Origin: Marsupella aquatica
Lineage: Eukaryota; Plantae; Marchantiophyta
Direction: 5' to 3'
NCBI GenBank assembly: GCA_973895155.1
Contig: OZ316892.1
Span: forward strand, 2,793,223-2,857,222
Length of the DNA: 64,000 nucleotides
Shown here one piece after another: positions 22,301 to 36,234 of this stretch. Each line of letters starts with the position of its first letter. The first letter of the stretch is position 1. The notes beneath the pieces were generated by a model. It made no database searches, was not told the DNA's origin, and saw only the letters and a list, made by a program, of their open reading frames with translations. A program made the translations under genes and the position numbers.

Positions 22301-23970
22301 CGACTGAATGTTTGGATTCCACAGGGTTATTTGTGAAGTTATATTGACTTGACACTTTTTGTCAAAATATGAGAACTGCAGACATGCAGGGCAGACGTGC
22401 CATATTATACACACACCCGCTGGTGTTGTGAATGCACACCCTTTGGTGCTGCAGATTATTTTTCACATAAAAACTATTTGATACTACATGTTTTTGAAAT
22501 CTAAGATTGAGAGATTTCTTTGTGTGTCGACTACACACGCTTGCGAATTGTGCATTTTGCACAAGAACCCTCTATTTAAGAATCTAATTAGGAGTCCTTG
22601 AACTCTAAGGGAGAGTTTCGATATTTGAGTTTTACGAGAATAATATATTCCTTGAAACCTTGTTTTGAGGGGGAGATTATATTTTTCGGACTTTTTACAT
22701 CCCATACTTTACGCACTCAGTTGCACGAGATGACATTATTTATTATTATACTTTACACTTTGCGCAGATGAGCCACGGACAAGTGATTTTATGATAATAA
22801 CTTAATTACTAATCATTTTTTCATATATGTTTTAATTTGTATTTGATGCGAGGATGTATGTGCGGATATATGCGTGATGGTGAGCGATTTGGAGACATGT
22901 CGCGTTGTTGTTGAGTCGTTGAGCATACGACAACTTGTTCATTTTGACGGAGTGGAGTTGTTGCTGTTAACTCCACATACCACCGGATTCACTTGAGGAC
23001 CGACAGGGCTGTACTCTTTTTCCTTTAGAGCCGAGATTTTTTTTCTTTTCTCTGTTACCCTGATAGAGGTTTTTAGAGCTGTTAAAGGTTTTAACGAGGC
23101 AGTACCTTCCTCATTTGTACTCAAATCATGCCATGTTTATAAGCATGACAATCTAGTTAGAAGACTTTTTGTCTACATAGTTATCACTATATAGCCAAGG
23201 GGGAGTGTTATACCCTAACTAGAGTCCATGGTTACCTTAACCATAGTTACCGTATAAGATAACTCAGACGGAGACTATATAAAGAGATGCACCCATTCAT
23301 TCTATAAGGAGGAATCTCATTATCATTTCCCGCATCATTCCTCAACATTAATATACAAGACTTCCTAGTATAGTGTCTCCTCCCCCTAACTAGTAACGAT
23401 GTAACCGTGACACCAACCCCAAACTACTTTATGAGAGCCTTCTACTAGAACGGGTAATGGGGGCTAGTTTTATTTAATATACGAGACTCCCTAGTATAGT
23501 GTCTCCTCCCCCTAACTGGTAACGACCTAACCATAACACCAACCCCAAACTACTTTATGAGAGCCTTCTACTAGAACGGGTAATCTGGGCTATTTTTTTT
23601 TAATATATGAGACTCCCTAGTAATGTGTCTCCTCCCCCTAACTAGTAACGATGTAACCGTGACACCAACCCCAAACTACTTTATGAGAGCCTTCTATTAG
23701 AACAGGTATGAGAGCCTTCTACTAGAACCGGTAATGGGGGCTAGTTTTGTTTAATATACCAGACTCTCTAGTATAGTGTCTCCTCCCCCTAACTGGTAAC
23801 CATATAACCGTGACACTATCCCCAAACTACTTCTACTAGAACGGTTAAATGTGGACTATTTTTTTTTAATTAATATACGAGACTCCCTAGTACTAGTACT
23901 GTGTCTCCTCCTCCTAACTACAGTAGTAAGATGTAACGGTGACACCAACCCCACAGTACTTTATGGGAGC
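19375..23970. repeat. ~125-bp tandem repeat array (~7 units) interrupted by an LTR element
   Basis: Unit GGGGCTAGTTTTATTTAATATACGAGACTCCCTAGTATAGTGTCTCCTCCCCCTAACTAGTAAC...ACCAACCCCAAACTACTTTATGAGAGCCTTCTACTAGAA occurs at 19375-19653 and 23348-23970. Confidence 0.92.
19654..23347 (+). mobile_element. Non-autonomous Bianca-like (copia) LTR retrotransposon with 142-bp LTRs
   Basis: LTRs 19654-19795 and 23206-23347 (TG...CA, two visible mismatches). TSD TTAAT. Bianca-type PBS CGTTATCAGCACGA follows the 5' LTR, and PPT AAGGGGGAG precedes the 3' LTR. Bianca-like 3' motifs GTACTCTTTTTCC and GGTTTTAACGAGGCA are present. No intact gag/pol. Confidence 0.88.
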
Positions 23971-24547
23971 CTAGTGTAGTAGACTGTGTCCTCCCTCTTG
24001 GTAACGAATTCTGCGGCTGCATGGAGTTCGGCCCCCTGAGTTTGTTCGCTCGTCTACACGTGTGTTGCGCTGCAGTTTTCCGTCCCTCTGTTTTGCTCTA
24101 GTCACGTTGTCTGCTCGCTCACCTCGCTGTGTCGCGATGTGGAGTTTCCATCCTTTCTTTAATCAATGCTTCGCTCGTCTACTCGTCAAGCTCTCGTTCG
24201 CTGCGCTCGAGTTTCGATGTTCTGTTGAACGGTGTTGCTTCTAGTCAGTTTGCATGCTCGTGGTGTCGCGAGGTGGAGTTTCCATGCTTTCTTTAATGAA
24301 TGCTTTGCTCTCCGATTTACTTGCTAAGTTCTCGGTGTGGCGCTTGCTCTCTTAGTCTCTTGAGTTTGTGCGCTGAGATATAATTATGATGCCTGCAGAG
24401 ATACGCCTGTAGGAACGAAGGCTGCCGGGCGCTTGAGTATTGGAAGAGGGCGTGTTGAGCTTTTCAATTTCTGCCCAGGTTGGACTGTTCGCCTAGTGCG
24501 TGGTCTCCGTCTTGGTAGGATTTCTTCGGCTGCATGGAGTTTGGCTT

Positions 24548-24670
24548 CTGATTTTGCATGTCAAGCTCGTGTGTCTTCCGATTTTGCATGTCAAGCTCGT
24601 GTGTCTTCCGATTTTGCATGTCAAGCTCTTGTGTCTTCCCATTTTTCATGTCAAGCTCTTGTCTCTTGCG
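24548..24670. repeat. 30-bp tandem repeat (4 copies) upstream of caleosin ATG
   Basis: Unit ATTTTGCATGTCAAGCTC(G/T)TGTGTCTTCCG. Confidence 0.9.
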
Positions 24671-24997
24671 ATGAAGTTTCCGCCCTCTGTGTAGTGGTTT
24701 GCTCTTCAAATTGCCTGCATAAATGTTTGCTTGAAATTTCTGGAGAAATGAACCTTAAGGGCAGCTTGAATTTTAGGACATCAATGCCGCAGAGAAATGT
24801 GTGGAGAAATGAAGCTTAAAGGCAGCTTCAGTTTTACGATGGGCCGTACGTGCTAAACTTTCCAACGCCTGTTCAATTTCTTTGTGCGCAGACGTTAAGG
24901 CGGGTTGAGAGTGAGCGATACAAGTGCTGGTCTGCCGGAATAGATTGAGATTTTCGTCCTCGTTGAGCTGAGATTACATTAGCTGTGGTGATCAAAG

Positions 24998-27469
24998 ATG
25001 GCGACAGAGAAAGAGCAGCAAGATGCTTTTGCAACCACGGCCACTGGCGCGCCTATCACCTTCGAGCGCCCTCTTCCCACCGAGCTCAAGTTTGCAAAGT
25101 CCTGTAAGTAAAAATTGCCTTCAATATCATGTATTTGTCATTTCTGCGAGATCTTAGAGGGATGGAGTAGCAGGGTTCTTGTAGCAATTAATTTGTCAAG
25201 GTGCACAAGTTGTACTAAGACCCATAATTGGACTCTAGATTACCAGAATACACTTTTGTGCTTAAACTCGGACTCGTCAGCCTTGCTAAGTAAAGCCTTC
25301 AAGTCGAGGCGAGCGATCGTAGTCCAAGTGGAGGAGTGGACTGATGAGCTCTCTTGTGCAGGGATGCCTCGGGCGTTGGAGGCTGTTGACAACGAGCATC
25401 CATACGGAACAAAAGGCTATCCAAACAAGAACCTGACAGTATTGCAGCAGCATGTAGATTATTTTGACCTGAACCATGACGGGAAGATTTATCCCTGGGA
25501 GACATTTAAAGGTCCGTTTTCTTTGATGGAGCTACCGTAGGACGGAGACCCGAAACCTTCAAAGATTTCTCACATATTGACGGTTTTGTTGATGTCTCAC
25601 ACAAATTTTATCGCATGTGTTTTGAGTTCTTTCTCAAGCTTTCACGAAATTGGATGACGAAATTGAAATAACTCGTATACCTATCGTAGAGAGAAGAAAC
25701 CTAAATGTTTCTAAGGGTAAGATTTTTTTGTAGCTTGACGCACATGTGGAGGGTTGTTTAAACACGTCCACTGAATTGATGGATTATTCGATGTAATTAA
25801 ATCGATCGGAGCTGTGTTCTTATGAGCAGGAATGCGCAAACTCGGATTCAATGTCTTCCTTTCCTTCCTGTCCATGTGTTTCATCAACGGTGCATTTAGC
25901 TACTCGACACTTCCGGTACGACTAATAACTCAGCGATGCAAGATACGCATGCTTTAACACAATCTGTCTCATCTCTTATGCATGCAAAGACGAAAAAGAC
26001 ATGCTGCTCTCAATACAGTTCGATTGCATTTCTAATTTTGCTGCATCGACCTGTTTGACTGCAGCAGTTGCTAGTAATATAATGAAACTACTGCTGTAGT
26101 CTTTATAATGAAGCTACGATATGTCCACAAGTTTTCGAGAATTTGAAATTGGAGCTACAATGAATTATATTTTCCTTGCTGTAGCCCTCTTTTTCATGGG
26201 AAACCAGTTCTGAATTGAAGTCTACAAAGGAAACAGGAAGGACAACAAGAAAGCTACGAGGGAAAGGACCAAACGTATCGGACGTGGACGAAATATTTCT
26301 TTCGAAAAATTGATCGTTGCGAAGGAATGACAGGGTTATTGGTTGTTCATACGTGGGTTTTGTAGAGTTGGATCCCGTCGCCATTTTTCGTGATCTATAC
26401 TGAGAACATCCACAAGGCCAAGCATGGAAGTGACTCTGAGGCTTACGACACCGAGGGCAGGTGAAGACCATGCTGACAAGCAATACTTCCTTACAGCTCA
26501 GTTGTCGAACATTTGGGACCAATGGAAATGACACCGATCTTGAATCGGCTGTAGTTGACCGAAGACGAGATGACTTGAGCTAGTAGATGTTGAATATCTA
26601 GGCAGGAGAAGTTGGCGGTGGACCATTGAGCCGCGCTCCACTTGTTTTTCTGCATCTCGCATTTCAGTTTGGTTTGTGATAGATATCACCTGACGTTCCA
26701 TGCTGCTTCATCTTCTTCAGGTTTGTTCCAGCGAAATTCGAGGAAATCTTCTCCAAGTACGCGAAAACTTCTCCCGATCGTATGAACTTCAACGAACTGT
26801 TGAACTTGACTTCTGCTATGCGCAACGCGTACGACTTTTTTGGATGGTAAGTTTTCCATACACATTTCTTCACCGATTAATTGGCTGGAACAGTGACATC
26901 CTTAAAACACACGCATCATACGCTTCCGTAGCTTTAGCTCCTAACCCTACTTGCAATTCCCCAATTTTTGAGGTTTTTAGGCAATTTTCTTCATGCACAA
27001 TTGACAGTCGTTGGGGGAGAAACGAACCATAGTCTAATTCCAAGGGTATGACCCTCTCCAATCGCTGGGCTTAAAAGAAGATGGGACTCCTCTCGTGAGA
27101 TTGTTCACCGTCTTTTCAAACGATAATATTTGGCTTCGCAATAATTTCCGCATATTTCTAACCTCTAGAAGTCGGTTTTCACACCACTCTCCGTCTAAGT
27201 ATAGTACTTTCCGAATGGAGGTGATTTGTAATGTTCTTGATCAACATTGACACTCAGGTGAGTTGGCTCGAATGATGTGGTGCATATGTGTGACATCTTG
27301 CAGGACTGCGAACAAGATGGAGTGGGGCATTCTGTACTTGTTGTGCAAAGACGAGGAAGGGTTCTGTTCCAAGGACGCCATTCGTGGAGTGTACGACGGG
27401 AGTTTCTTCGTGTACGCAGAAAAACTGAACGACGCCAAGAAAGCACACAAGCACAAGAAATCTCAGTAG
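24998..27469 (+). CDS. Caleosin / peroxygenase, 6 exons: 24998-25103, 25362-25511, 25830-25915, 26366-26460, 26721-26846, 27304-27469
   Basis: Spliced at GT-AG sites in consistent phase. Contains [18 protein letters not shown]-hand [22 protein letters not shown], hydrophobic hairpin and proline knot [38 protein letters not shown], and EWGILY...IRGVYDGS. Confidence 0.95.
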
Positions 27470-28349
27470 AACTATTCCGGATTCAAGGCTGCAACGGATT
27501 TTCAAAAGTACAGCACAGAAGCCAACAACACACTGTAACGATCGATCGCAGATAACGACAGAGCATAGTTGGGATTGAGCTGCAATGGACTTTCCATGAT
27601 CCATGGAATCACCTGTTCCGGTTTTCTTTCGACTGAACTTATCTAAATCAAATCTCGATGATTGCTCTTGATAATCATGTGACTCTGAAGCTAGGGTTCC
27701 TCATGGATCCCAGGTACAAGTATATAATTATGACCTTCTCTAGTTCTTCAGGAAATGTGTATAAATGAACTCCGCTCTCTCGCTGTTGGTCAAGAAATTT
27801 CCAATGATCCGTCTAAACAGTGTTCTTCTCGTGGAGTTCATATACCACTTATCTATTTTCTTATGTACATCACGAAATGTATATAAATGAAACACTTCCA
27901 AGATTTATCTTCATCTTCACGAAATGTATATAAATGAAACAGTTCCAAGATTTATCTTCATTACATTTAACTGTGTTGCAACCGTTTGACAGCCATGACC
28001 CCACCATCTTGCGAAAACCTGGCTATACATTTGTGCTGAAAACCTGGCTATACATTTGTGCCGACTCTCGAACATCACTTTTGCAATATCAGGAACTATC
28101 CAATGTTTTCATTTCTAGGGCATCAATGTCCCAACCTTAGCAGTGAGATTTTTTTTAACCACACTGGAATAACACTCTGGCTTAGATGATAATTGACTTC
28201 ATCCTGGCCCCAATAACATCCTAGCTTAGATGATAATTGATTTCATCCTGGCCCCCATGAGAGGTCCCTTCCAAATTCACTACCACTAGGTTGTGTCACA
28301 TTAATATAACCAGCCACTACCAGGAAATATTTTATTTTTGATAGTAACA

Positions 28350-28740
28350 AAAACACATGTTCATCTTTGTTACAAAAGTAACATGATTTTTGGGGTGCCA
28401 TGCCATAAGTATTAAGCGTGAAAGAAACTAGAATACAAAGAAATACATGTCACATGTTCATGTTTGTGACAAAAGTAACATAATTTTGGGGGCGCCATGC
28501 CATAACTATTAAGCGTGAAAGAAACTAGAATACAAAGAAAGAAGAATACAAAGAAAGAGATGTCACATGTTCATGTTTGTGACAAAAGGAACATAATTTT
28601 GGGGTACAAAGAAAGAAGAATACAAAGAAAGAGATGTCACATGTTCATGTTTGTGACAAAAGGAACATAATTTTGGGGGCGCCATGCCATAAGTATTAAG
28701 CGTGAAAGAAACTAGAATACAAAAAAAGAGATGTCATTTT
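28350..28740. repeat. Imperfect tandem repeat (~75-110-bp units, ~4 copies)
   Basis: CACATGTTCATGTTTGTGACAAAAG.AACATAATTTTGGGG...GCCATGCCATAA.TATTAAGCGTGAAAGAAACTAGAATACAAAG is repeated. Confidence 0.85.
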
Positions 28741-29973
28741 TTCAGGGTAATAGTATTAGTCACCTTTTGAGTGTTTTTAAATTATTTACTATATAATTAG
28801 TTAGATGATAATCCCCTTTTTTTCAATGAAAGAAGAGATGATTGTGAATAGGGTACTGCCATTCTGTCACATTGCGTCAAAGAAATAGAAGAGCTATCTA
28901 TCTTCAGTTGAGTCTTTGAATTGTAAATTGAATGGTGGATACCGTATGATCATATAACTTGCACACACTTAAAGAACCATCACCAACTCAAGAAATGCAA
29001 CATCAAAAAATATCTACCTCTTTTTTTCAATGAAGAGATGTCACAATCCTGTCACCGTCACAAACTTAACCGCTGTAAATTGATTCTTTGATTATGTCGC
29101 CATCACTTGTCCGCAATGTTTGCTTCCTAGCTTGAATTATTTGCCTCCCTCCAGGTTTCAATTGAAGCTCACTTTGAACACAAGTTGACGCCAAATGCAG
29201 CCTTTGTGTTGAAGAAACAATCACTGGTCTCCCCCTCACACCATAGCTTCCTTAAATAAAAGAAAACTACAAAACCTTCATATGAAGTGATGGCTCGCCC
29301 GTTGCATGCGTTCTTCTACTAAACGACAAGCACTCTTCCGCCAACAGCTGAGTATTGTCCCCTGGTGTCTTGTGACTGTAATGCTCAACTTAATTCACAA
29401 TCAATCAATCAGGAATGGTAGACACACGATTTCTTCAATGTGTAAGAGAAAATCGTCAAAAAACTCAATTCCTCCCCATTCAACCTTCTCTTTGATAAAC
29501 CAAAGAGATCATTTTGACCAGATCGATCTATCTTTTGAGCGTTCTCTTTTGTACGAGCACACACCAAGACCACCGGGAGATTCAAAACCATTGGTTATCG
29601 CCTTGCTGAAAATTGATTTCACTTCATCACACATACATTCCTTGGATGAACATGGGGGTCCACGGATTTATTTTCTTAACTAGGTTGCATTGAGAGCTTG
29701 ACCAACCCAGCAACTACCCAATCCTAGCCACAACAAGTTCTTAACAACAACCCTGTTGCAATAAGAACCTAGTTTAAATTACTAAGGGCCTGACCTCAAA
29801 GAGATATGAGGAGAAATAAACCCTTGCAAATTTCATGATATTTCCTGTCCATATTTACCCCTACCCTCTTTTTGGTTTGCACCCACTTTGGTTGTGCTCT
29901 CATGGTAGGTGCTCTTCATCTTTGCCCCTCCTCATTTTGGTTTGCACCCTGACTTTCAGTTGCACTTGAGTCA

Positions 29974-30175
29974 TGGTCTAGAAACTTCACTCCAGACAGT
30001 AGACCAAATTCACTCTAGATAGTAGGCCCCGAGAATGCTTTTGCTTGCGCTCTACTAGTTGGATTGATTTCACTCTACGGTCTAGAAACTTCACTCTAGA
30101 TAGTAGGCCAAAATCACTCTAGAGAGTAGCCCTGAGAATTCTTTTGCGTGCGCCCTACTAATTAGATTGATTTCC
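29974..30175. repeat. ~100-bp tandem duplication
   Basis: GGTCTAGAAACTTCACTC...TAGTAGGCC...GAGAAT.CTTTTGC.TGCGC.CTACTA.TT.GATTGATTTC occurs twice. Confidence 0.75.
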
Positions 30176-30570
30176 ATGGCTTTTGATCTACCAGTTATAT
30201 TGATTTCCACAACCCAGTTTGCAGTGACAACCTGACCAACCCTAGCAACGACATTTTTAATCATAAAAACTGCTATTATATCCTGGTTTAAATGACACTT
30301 GTGGAACTACAAAGTTTGCAATGATATAGCATGTTCATTCTGGAACATGCCTTTTTTTTGTCTTGTAGTGATATGTAATTCATCTAATTTATTTATGATA
30401 AAAGAATACAATAGATGTAAAGTCTATGCCAAGAAAATAATATTTGTTAATTAAGAGTGAATGAAATAATACACAAAACCATAGATACACATGCAAAGAA
30501 AAATACATAATGACCATGAAAGTACAAAGGTATTGAATAGTTGTGCACATAAGGTACAAATTTTCAATTG

Positions 30571-30702
30571 CTTCTAGGTAATAACAATCAACTCAATTAA
30601 AACCATTAATTTTGTAAAGGAAACCACAAGGGGAACTTCTAGGTAATGACAATCAACTCAATTAAAACCATAAATTTTGTAAAGGAAACCACAAGGGGAA
30701 CT
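30571..30702. repeat. 65-bp tandem duplication
   Basis: CTTCTAGGTAAT.ACAATCAACTCAATTAAAACCAT.AATTTTGTAAAGGAAACCACAAGGGGAA occurs twice. Confidence 0.85.
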
Positions 30703-33700
30703 TAGTATATCAGATGTGCACATTGTTCAAAATCATTTTTCTCACTCTCATGAGAAAAAATAAAATTCACTAAGGAGTGATTGAAAAGGAAAGAGTAAAC
30801 ATTTATGAGGGGAGCCAAAATAAATTCAAAATACTCAAGTTAAATAAAATTAAAAGGGGTTTAAAAGTTAATTCAAAATTTAATTAATACACATGATTCA
30901 CCTTGTTAAGGCACATTAAAATTAAAATACTGCACACAAAATCTGAGTAAGACAAATCATGAAAGACCATATAGCATGCTCATCCCGACCACTTTTGCAA
31001 TGATAACCCTTTCCACTACCACTTTTGCAATGACGACCTGACCAACCCTAGCACTCGCAGCCACAGAGTTTGCAGTGATAACCCGGTTTAAAAGACAGCT
31101 TGAGGACCACAGTCTGCACTGACAATCCTGTTTAAATGACAGTTGTAAAACCACACAATCTGCAATGACACATTTGCTTTGGTCACATGCCCATGGAGAT
31201 GGACAGTGTGATATACAAATGTGAGACTATGTATCAACTGTTAGTCAACAATCCAAATTTTGCAAGCAATGATGAAGAAAGACCAGGTGCTATCTTAGCT
31301 TCATCAAAGAAAGATGGTCCACAGATTATGTTTCTCATTGAGTCAATGAAATAAATGCTCCATACTATAGCGCGCTGGTTCCGACCTGGGGCCCTGCAAC
31401 TGACCTTCTCCCCTGGTAGACCCTGTCACCCATTTTGCAATGGATCCACTAGCTCCTTGAGATCAAGTGCAAATCTCAAGCTCTGGTCCATCTCCCACGG
31501 GCATGTGACAAAAGCCAGGTCGGGGACCGCTAAAATGGCACGTCATGTTATAGTTGTTACCTGGGTTAAGTTCACTATGGGACCATCTTATTACCGTGGT
31601 CTTCTCTTGGGCTAGAACTTAACCCGACTAATTGTTCTTTCAAATAATGTGAAACATGATGTTGAGTACTAAGTGTTACATTGTCCTGGCACTTTCCTTG
31701 CAGAGAGCAAATTCTGGCTGCTTTGATGTTTTAAGACTCTAAAAGGCTCACTTCAAAACTTATGAAAGTGCTATTTGGAGGAAAATTGAATCTCATATTA
31801 GATTACCTGTGGCGGAAGGAGAACCCTGGTCACAGTTCTTGGTAGGTCCATCAGTGTTTCGTCGTATTTGGTGGCCATGCCGAGAATGCATCTGTATGGT
31901 ATCGATGCAAAGAAAAATCATTATCATTCAGAAAAGTTTTTTGCCACTGCATCTCGGCAACATGACTTGACAACTAATATCAGTTGACTGATAGCTTTGA
32001 CTACTAATTGATGATATAATGATACTTCGTCTAAACTGAAAAATTCAGAACTTGAAATTCCCCTCAATAGTTTACCCAGAAGGGACTAGAACAGCTAGGG
32101 CTATTTTACAAATTGCTGGGAAAATCTGGGGTGTTCTAATTAAGCTAGGATTGCCTGTGATATTAAAACACAAACACTAAGTGACCCTGGAAAAACTGAG
32201 GTCTTCTAATTAAGCTAAGATTGCCCGTGATACTAGAAAACAAACACCAAGTGACCCCACTGCAACATAAGTGTTGTTGATGCAAAATTGACTTGGAATG
32301 TGCGCTAGTGAGAATTCCAAGCAATGATTAGCTCAACTTAGGGATGATGATGATTGTGAGTATGTATTCTACTTTAAAAGGCAATTGCATATCAATACAG
32401 TTGACAATGTTTTTCTAGTATTGACCATGGATTTTGTTATATGTGGAGCTTGCATTGAAAGCAATTATTGCGTTGTATGTTTTCAACAAAAAAGCCCTTG
32501 GAATCTTTTGATGTGGATCCTCTTTGGGCCCTATAGCAAGCAAACTTCTACACCCGTCACTATTACTAGTGGGAGCATCTTGTTAGTGTGAGTTTGAAAT
32601 TTGTGTTACTAACAATAAGAGGGGAATAGAGCTATTCTTCACTAGCTGATGCAATGCTAGGGCAAAGGATTTTCATGTACTAGAAAATTGGGGCATCAAC
32701 CTTCTTCCGTTGGGTAAAATGCATGAAATGTTTAGTTTGTGTGAACCCTCCAGGGGGGGGGGGGGAGACCAAGAAAGGCCCATCAGAATACCCAAAGAAC
32801 CCCAACAAGGGTAGCAGGACGTAACACCCAAAACACAACAAAAGCCAGCCAGTGGCCAGAGGACAAAGTGCGCTAGAACTAGTAAAAGAAGTTAACAATA
32901 CTCCTCATCACACAAAGCTTGGGGGTCAACTGTGAAAATCCGTAAGAACCATGTGCAAGACAAATAGGTATATCTGGGTGATATTTACAAGAGTTTTAAA
33001 GGTGTAAGAGGTAAAAAGAAGGTAGTATACACTTATGTATTAACAAAACTCCCCGGTACATACCGTTTATAAACAAAAAAAAGATCATTAAAAGTGAAAA
33101 TAGACATAGGCTAGTATTGCCCGCGGTATCCACAGTTATACACTTAGTTAACCCCTAGAGACAAAAAGGTGCCTCATGGGCCCAATGTGTCACACTTACC
33201 AGGCAGGGCACCCTATTTCAACCAACACAACTGAGCAGGAATCCAAGTTGTATCAATAGGATGAGAGCCTAATCCCACCCTGCAGTAGCAAGTGTAATCG
33301 AGTCTTTTCCACCACTTCCTTGGTGCAAAGGAGTCTGATGTGCTTCCTACTTTGGGGGGAGAAGCACAAACCAAGTGCGAAAGGTCATCAGCCTCTGATC
33401 ATACGAAAACAACTACTTAACCATTAAAGATATTCAAATTGAGAATACTGCCAGTAGTTTTGCATATTTACAAATATACCACAGTTTTGTACGTAGACAA
33501 CAAGTTCACCAGTGTAATCAAGGTAACGATATACGGAATGAGTGGCATTTTTTAAACACTTTAAAAACAGTGACAATATTGTAAATTGGAACAGCTTTAC
33601 TTCTTTACTGGCAATGTGATTAAAACCTGAATACTCAATGAGGTCAAAGCTTCTCTTTTTCCCAATATTGGAAGTCATATCATTCCTTCCTAACCAGATA

Positions 33701-33772
33701 GAGCATAGGAATCCGTCAAATGGTTTTTTAGGTAATCCTCATTCATGATTGTAGCCGGAATTTGCTTTGCAA

Positions 33773-33927
33773 TGTAGTTCAAGTTTGATTCACCTTTTCT
33801 TGGTTACTTCAATCATAGGATAGGTGGCTGGTGATAAGTTCAACTTGCCTGTAGTTCAAGTTTGATTCACCTTTTCTTGGCTGCTTCAATGATAGGATAG
33901 GTGGCCGGTGATAAGTTCAACTTGCCT
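33773..33927. repeat. 77-bp tandem duplication
   Basis: TGTAGTTCAAGTTTGATTCACCTTTTCTTGG...GGTGATAAGTTCAACTTGCC occurs twice. Confidence 0.85.
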
Positions 33928-36234
33928 CGCTTCTCACTTTTTCAGTAAATCTTTTACATTTGTAGTGTTCAAGGACATAATAGTCCCAGCAAGGCCAGGT
34001 GAAAAAGTTGCCCTTGTCCGCCAATAAAAAACACAAGAGTCAGGACAACTATTGGTCATTGACTTTGTGATCGAGAGTGTTGCCCAGATTATTCAAGCAG
34101 TCCATACTAGCAAGATCAAAACTTAGAAGAATCAAGAGTCTTGCTTTGCTTGGAATCTCTTTGGAGCTCTAGAATTTGGACTTGTAAATGGTGCCTAAGG
34201 GGTAATAATGTATGAGTAATATCAGAAACTCACCACACAAACTAAAAACTGCAAAGCACATACAGCTAGGAAGTTGAAGGAAATGTTCCACATGTTTAGT
34301 TCATGTCCTAGTCCACGTCCTAGTTTCCATGGTACAGCTTTCAAAATCAGACTCTGCTGCTGCCAGGATTGCAATTTGTAGGATGCTATTGAAACTAGTT
34401 GGATTGAATTGGAGAATTTTTCGTAGTGCCCCAGTTGTGAAAAATGCCCACTCTGATCTCTCTGGGTTATTTCTTTCTGCTTACCAAAGCCCACTTATGC
34501 CCCGCTTTCGTTTACTCATGGAGACACCCAAAACAAATGCCCACTCCAATACAGTGCCCAACTTTCAATGGCCCTCCAAGTGAATACTAGAGGGAATCAT
34601 AGCTCAGGATTACAGGACAAGCCATCGACCTTCTACACCCTTCACCACTATTAGTGTTCGCATCTAATAGCCTTGAGTTGCCACACCCTTCACCATTGTA
34701 AGTGTTAGCATCTAATTAGTGTAAGTGCAAAATTACTGATACTAACAATAATAGAGGAATAAAGCTTTCTACAGTCATATTCTATGCATTTTGAACAATT
34801 GTGGTGAACAGGGCAGACAGGAAGGATATTCAGTCAACTGCAATTCCTTGAAAATCCCAATAATGAGTCAATCATGCATGAAAGCATGAGCAAAGTTTGT
34901 GCACCACTTTATGGAACAAAGGTAAGAATTGTTGAAAACATGAACTTTTGGAGAGCAATATGTGGCGATACAGGTTTCTAGGAACACCAAAAATTCCTCA
35001 GGAGATCCAACAAGTTGGATATGATTATCACTTTGCTAAAGCAGCTGCTGGCCCAGGAAAGAACTTTGCTAAAGCATCCGTGCGGACCACCAGAAGTAAA
35101 CCTTTTCCATTTTCCCTTTCCTAGTAGGTTCCCCTCAATCAGAGAGCGAAAGCAGAACCCTCCCCCGCCATGAACGTCTTTTCCTATATTCAGGGCTCAT
35201 GCCTTTGGTATGAGTGTCAACGAATCAGTGCCTGCTACTAGATCACATGAATTGATTGGGTCCCTCCCTGGTCTTCAGTACCACAGAATCCTTGTGCAAA
35301 TCTAGGGTGAAAGGAAAGTCTCCATCGAATGTGAGCCTGATCTCCATCTTTTCAGGACCATCTTTTCAGGATGAAGTGGTAGAGACACTCTGCGCCATAT
35401 AAAGAAGAATTGCCGTAGCAAATGACCTCAATCATGTAGTTAAACTACCCTATGCCTGAGGCAAACTGAGTGCATCCCTCTCCCGGATAGATGCTTATAG
35501 ATATCACAATCATATGCTGGGAGGTATACTCAGCACGGGGCTTAGAGTCGCTGCTCTATTCTCAAGATTATAGCATGTTGTCAACCAAAGATTAACTCAA
35601 ATCACCACATGTACGAACTGATACGAATTATGGTGAGAAGGCACAGTCGATCCTTAACATTGTGCAGGTGTGATATATAACAAGGGGGACCAGAACACAG
35701 GTATGTCAGTCCACCCCATGGTAAGATGACAAAAACTTTCTTGGCCAGAGAAGGTAACAACGAGGGTCACACTACTGATCTACCAGAGTGAAAGCAGCGA
35801 AGCCAACGGATGTAAGCTTCAGCGGATTTCAAATGGCAAAAGAAACTAAAGAAAACTACTGCCTCTTGTCTAAGTAATCCACTTATTTCGAGACTATTGA
35901 GGCTCTACTCTAACGTGTGCTGTGTCTATGAAAGACCTACCTACCAACTCCTTCCAGAAGTTACACCCTCTGCCTCAAAAGAATACTATTAATCCCGCAA
36001 AGTAGAAAAAACCTTCAGAAACTTTGCCTGCCCCGACCACCTCGTTCCATGGTTGGAAGGCTTTACTCACGAGAGAGAAAAGACACATCTCACATAAGCT
36101 TTCAAACTGGGTGCTGTCGGATGTTGAGGGTGAATACAGACTGTTTGCTTGCTCTAGGCAGATTTATGGGAATGTGAGTGACTAAACTATGTTACACATT
36201 CAAATTACATTCTCAAGAGTGTGGGAATAACTTC

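Noticed and set aside
19375-23970. CRISPR-like or tRNA/5S gene array
   Set aside because: No spacers, and no recognisable tRNA or 5S structure. It is a plain tandem repeat.
24433-24819. 128-aa and 81-aa repeat-containing ORFs
   Set aside because: Products of the stop-free 30-bp tandem repeat, with no evidence of coding function.
28840-29700. Possible decayed DNA-transposase fragment on the - strand
   Set aside because: It looks coding-like, but no diagnostic motif could be recognised.
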